A stretch of DNA of 63,867 bases, counting the filler, from an uncultured Methanosarcinales archaeon (GTDB taxonomy: Archaea > Nanobdellota > Nanobdellia > Woesearchaeales > CAYXTQ01), in the NCBI GenBank assembly GCA_964608065.1. It is 8 parts of 8 records of this genome, joined end to end, with 100 filler letters (N's around TTAATTAATTAA, not from the genome) between each part and the next. Parts side by side here need not be neighbours in the genome. Positions count along the whole stretch, not along the records: positions 60,538 to 63,867 come from CAZSMA010000107.1; 7 more parts are not named here. One strand, 5' to 3'. Made by a program: the position numbers and the translations under genes. Shown here in pieces: positions 60,586 to 63,867 of the stretch (the stretch's first letter is position 1; each line of letters starts with the position of its first letter). The notes below the pieces were generated by a model that saw nothing but the letters and a program-made list of their open reading frames with translations, did no database searches and had not been told where the DNA came from.

Positions 60586-60867
60586 TTATTTTTTATAAGC
60601 TTCTTTATGATGTTTTAATCTATCAAATAGGATATGATTCTTTTCTTTATCAACTTTAAAGAATAGTACAAAGCTTTTATCTATATGCACCCTTTTATAT
60701 TCACTTAAACCATATTTTAGATTTTTATATCTATCAATAGATTTTGAATCATTATTAATTACTTCCTTTATCTTTTTATTGAGAATAATAAGTCTAACTC
60801 TATCTTTTTTTTTTAGTTTTTTAATTATCAGTTTCAGTTCATCTGATAAATCAAAGTCAAAACTCAT
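60586..60867 (-). CDS. RelE/ParE-superfamily toxin
   Basis: YKNLKYGLSEYKRVHIDKSFVLFF..HHKEAY. Confidence 0.85.
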   Translation of the reverse strand: MSFDFDLSDELKLIIKKLKKKDRVRLIILNKKIKEVINNDSKSIDRYKNLKYGLSEYKRVHIDKSFVLFFKVDKEKNHILFDRLKHHKEAYKK

Positions 60868-61118
60868 TCTAGACCGCAAAGTTTATCTAACTCTTTAATA
60901 GTCATTTTTCTATGCCCGTGTTTTTTGATATGTGCCTCACAGGACTTTATGACACCTTCTACTACTTCATCTTTAACTTCTTTCTCTACAAATTCTTCCC
61001 CATAGATGTCAGCAAATTTATCTAGAGCTTCAGCTTTATCTTTCAGACCAAATTTTTCTTTTATTACACCTAATACTTTATTTGTATATTCACTTACAGT
61101 TATGCTCATTGAAGTCAT
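60864..61118 (-). CDS. Antitoxin (DUF2683-like)
   Basis: YTNKVLGVIKEKFGLKDKAEAL; overlaps toxin start. Confidence 0.8.
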   Translation of the reverse strand: MTSMSITVSEYTNKVLGVIKEKFGLKDKAEALDKFADIYGEEFVEKEVKDEVVEGVIKSCEAHIKKHGHRKMTIKELDKLCGLE

Positions 61119-61305
61119 TTTAAATCACCTTAAATTACTTGATATTACTTAGAATAATCTTAAATTATATAAATGTATCGGAAATGTAGACTGTGGTGAA
61201 AAATATGGTGTAACAGATTTGTTAAGGATGTAATATTAGGAAAGTAATATTTTATTATTATTATATTAAATTATCCTTAAAGTACCCATTATATTGTATA
61301 TGTAA

Positions 61306-63867
61306 TTACTTAAATTCTTTAGACAAAATTTTAGTTATCTTGTTATTTGAATTCATCTTTTTATTTCTATTTTTGATGATTAAAACAATCACAACAAAGA
61401 TTGTTATTAGCATTGAAATAGTATTAGAGATTAAAAAAATTCCCTTATCTCCCATAAATGTTTTAAAATCAGCTGGCTTAAGAATGTAAATCTCAAAAGG
61501 GGTTTTTTCCTCTTTTAACACATTATTTTGTGATACTACTTTAGTAATTATTTCTCCATTATAACTTTTTATTGTGTTCCTTAAAGATTTAACAACAAAT
61601 CCTTGTGCACGCAATTTTTTCTTAGAGACTATCTCCTTATCTTTTAAGACTAATTGAAATTCTACGCTTTCATCTCTACCAAGATTCTCAAAAACATTAT
61701 TGCCCATAACTATGTATTTGCTTATATCCTGGCTTAGCTGAAGTTCTACTTTATCTAACAAACAAGTTCCATCATTTTTTATTTGACCTTTAACAATATC
61801 TGCATCTAAAAATGATATTTTCTCAGGTATATAAACAGAATAGGTGTATTTACACACTTCTTCTTTTTTTGTTTCTTCATATGTGTTTTCTTTTTTTTTT
61901 TCTGTTTCTTCTTTCGCTAAATCTTTTTTTATAGAGGTTATAAATTTCCCTCCTCCACCTGAACCACCTCCACCTGAACCACTACTTTGTACTACTTCCC
62001 CTTCTGTTTCCTCCCCAAATAGGGCATACAAGCTAAAGTGGTTAACAATCACTTTTACATAATTGCCAGTTGTATTAACAATGGAGTTTAACACATCCCA
62101 ACTAGAAGTTTCTTCATTATAATTATAAATTTTTAATGTTCCTTCATTGATATTCAGATTTTGTATTTCAGAATCATTATAAGGTATCTTTATAGTTATG
62201 TTTTTAATACTACTTTTAAAATTATCATCAAGTAATATCTCTATAAATTTATTTGTATCTTTCACTCCTGCAGGAGTTAAATCTACTATGTTATCAGTAT
62301 ATTTAGCAATCCCTATAGAAACATTTAAAATAGATTTATTAGGTATTATCTCCAAAACAATGTCTGAGTCTTCTATAACAGATTTAGTATTTTCATTTAA
62401 ATCTTTATTTACAAAAAGGGTGTCTTCAGCTGAATGATCCAATGCTAAAATGCCCTTAAAGCTGTAATAAACATTATTACTCAAAACATCTTCTGTATCA
62501 ATATCAACAATATAAGTCCCCTTTGACATGTTAGTTGTATTCAAAATAGCTGTAAATAAATCTCCTGTGCTATCAAGATTTATTTCTTTTATTTGTACTC
62601 CTTCAGAATTTTTGATTATTGATTTTACATATGAAATATCACTGATATCAGTTACATTCACAGTAATATTAATTAAATCTCCTGTACTTGTTTTTTTTGG
62701 AGTTATTGATACATCATTTAATAACGGAGCTGTTCTGTCATATACACATATCTGTTCAAATTCAGAATAGTTTCCAGAGTATAAATCCGAATCCAAATTT
62801 GTTTGCTCGTAACAAGGAATATTATCTGTCACATTCAAACAAGGTATTTTATCATTTGGTTGGCAAACATTATATCCAGTGCAAGTCCAGTTAGATGTGC
62901 AATAATCACAAACCGCTGTAGTATTTTCTGGAATATTGCAGTCTGTTGTTAATCCAGTTTCCTCACAACAATTATTTGTATAGGAATAACCAATAACAAA
63001 AATATCATCTAACTGACAAGAGATGTTTATATTTTCCCATGTTGAGGTGCAGTAATTGCATCCCACATAGGTTCCATCATCTTCTGGTAAGTTATTTGTT
63101 GTGCCACAATTATTTGTATCTATGTAAGTTTTTAGTTTGGTATCATCAGTTAAACAATCTCCATAAGTTATTTCCCAGTTTTCTTGGCATGCATCATAAA
63201 TTAAGTCCATCTTTTCTATCGCAGGAGTAGATGTTCCATCAGAGGATAATACTGCTTTAAACCTTATCTTCTCTGTAGAGACATCTAGTGAAGATAAATT
63301 GCTGCCTGAAGTAACATCTTCCCAATTATTGCCTGAATCTAAAGAGTAATAATAATCAATATTTTGGTTATTTAAGCTCTGTGTTGTCATAAATGAATTC
63401 CAATTAGTTAAACCATCTGGTGTTATGTCTTTTGTTTCTATAACTCCAGAACTAATATAATCTGTATAGGTGTAGCTTATTGTAACACTACTTAGGATTG
63501 GAACATCTAATTCTCCATTTAGAGTTGCTTTAAATTGTATATATCTACCAGAATCAGAAGTTATCTGTTCTCCTGGAGATACATAATCAGAACTCCATTC
63601 TCCCCAATCTATATTATCTGAAGATGTTCTTATCTGCAATGTTATATCAGTACCTGAAGCTATATTTTCTTCCCAACTTATTTCACTCCACTCAACATCT
63701 AACCCAGTATCATAAACAGGAGAGGTAAAAGTTCCCTCTGTGCTTAAGTAGTGTATTGCTTCTATATAATCTATTTTAACTTTTGCCGGGTCTATATTAA
63801 ATGAGTTTTGAGGAGAACTTAATCCTGTAATTGTTATATTATACCATCCTTCTTCCCCATCATAAGA
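61306..63867 (-). CDS. Large surface glycoprotein-like protein, 5'-partial (frame open to window end)
   Basis: In-frame extension SYDGEEGWYN...; Cys-rich repeats, VNHFSLYAL, Gly linker, C-terminal TM. Confidence 0.85.
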   Translation of the reverse strand, partial: SYDGEEGWYNITITGLSSPQNSFNIDPAKVKIDYIEAIHYLSTEGTFTSPVYDTGLDVEWSEISWEENIASGTDITLQIRTSSDNIDWGEWSSDYVSPGEQITSDSGRYIQFKATLNGELDVPILSSVTISYTYTDYISSGVIETKDITPDGLTNWNSFMTTQSLNNQNIDYYYSLDSGNNWEDVTSGSNLSSLDVSTEKIRFKAVLSSDGTSTPAIEKMDLIYDACQENWEITYGDCLTDDTKLKTYIDTNNCGTTNNLPEDDGTYVGCNYCTSTWENINISCQLDDIFVIGYSYTNNCCEETGLTTDCNIPENTTAVCDYCTSNWTCTGYNVCQPNDKIPCLNVTDNIPCYEQTNLDSDLYSGNYSEFEQICVYDRTAPLLNDVSITPKKTSTGDLINITVNVTDISDISYVKSIIKNSEGVQIKEINLDSTGDLFTAILNTTNMSKGTYIVDIDTEDVLSNNVYYSFKGILALDHSAEDTLFVNKDLNENTKSVIEDSDIVLEIIPNKSILNVSIGIAKYTDNIVDLTPAGVKDTNKFIEILLDDNFKSSIKNITIKIPYNDSEIQNLNINEGTLKIYNYNEETSSWDVLNSIVNTTGNYVKVIVNHFSLYALFGEETEGEVVQSSGSGGGGSGGGGKFITSIKKDLAKEETEKKKENTYEETKKEEVCKYTYSVYIPEKISFLDADIVKGQIKNDGTCLLDKVELQLSQDISKYIVMGNNVFENLGRDESVEFQLVLKDKEIVSKKKLRAQGFVVKSLRNTIKSYNGEIITKVVSQNNVLKEEKTPFEIYILKPADFKTFMGDKGIFLISNTISMLITIFVVIVLIIKNRNKKMNSNNKITKILSKEFK

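Overview
AT-rich archaeal DNA, most consistent with a DPANN (Woesearchaeota-like) genome bin: archaeal Rpo11, TFB, Trm1, Kae1, AMP phosphorylase, archaeal 23S rRNA and BRE/TATA promoters are present. The window is a pseudo-scaffold of eight unrelated contigs (seven of ~8.2-8.9 kb in decreasing length, plus the start of an eighth) joined by N-TTAATTAATTAA-N spacers, so synteny holds only within contigs. Ordinary content includes A/V-ATPase subunits, a membrane pyrophosphatase, large repeat-rich surface proteins, three toxin-antitoxin modules, an ATP-grasp cluster and a bacterial-type MEP isoprenoid cluster. The main result is an intervening-sequence system. (1) kae1 is split by a 13-nt insert (45058-45070) in a bulge-helix-bulge (BHB) fold; cutting at the canonical positions restores GIESTAHTFG, so it is a predicted endonuclease-spliced mRNA mini-intron. 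(2) Two LAGLIDADG endonuclease genes, not inteins, have each invaded the 5' end of a conserved gene (kae1 and an MGMT/ogt gene), leaving the old N-terminus as a stump and supplying a recoded replacement head. (3) Four further BHB introns lie in tRNA-Ser(TGA) (37/38 and 59/60) and in 23S rRNA. (4) Related ~56-87 bp double-hairpin elements occur, one in frame inside a methyltransferase. An archaeal lytic transglycosylase with a SPOR-like segment is also notable. All calls come from reading the sequence by eye; no searches were run.
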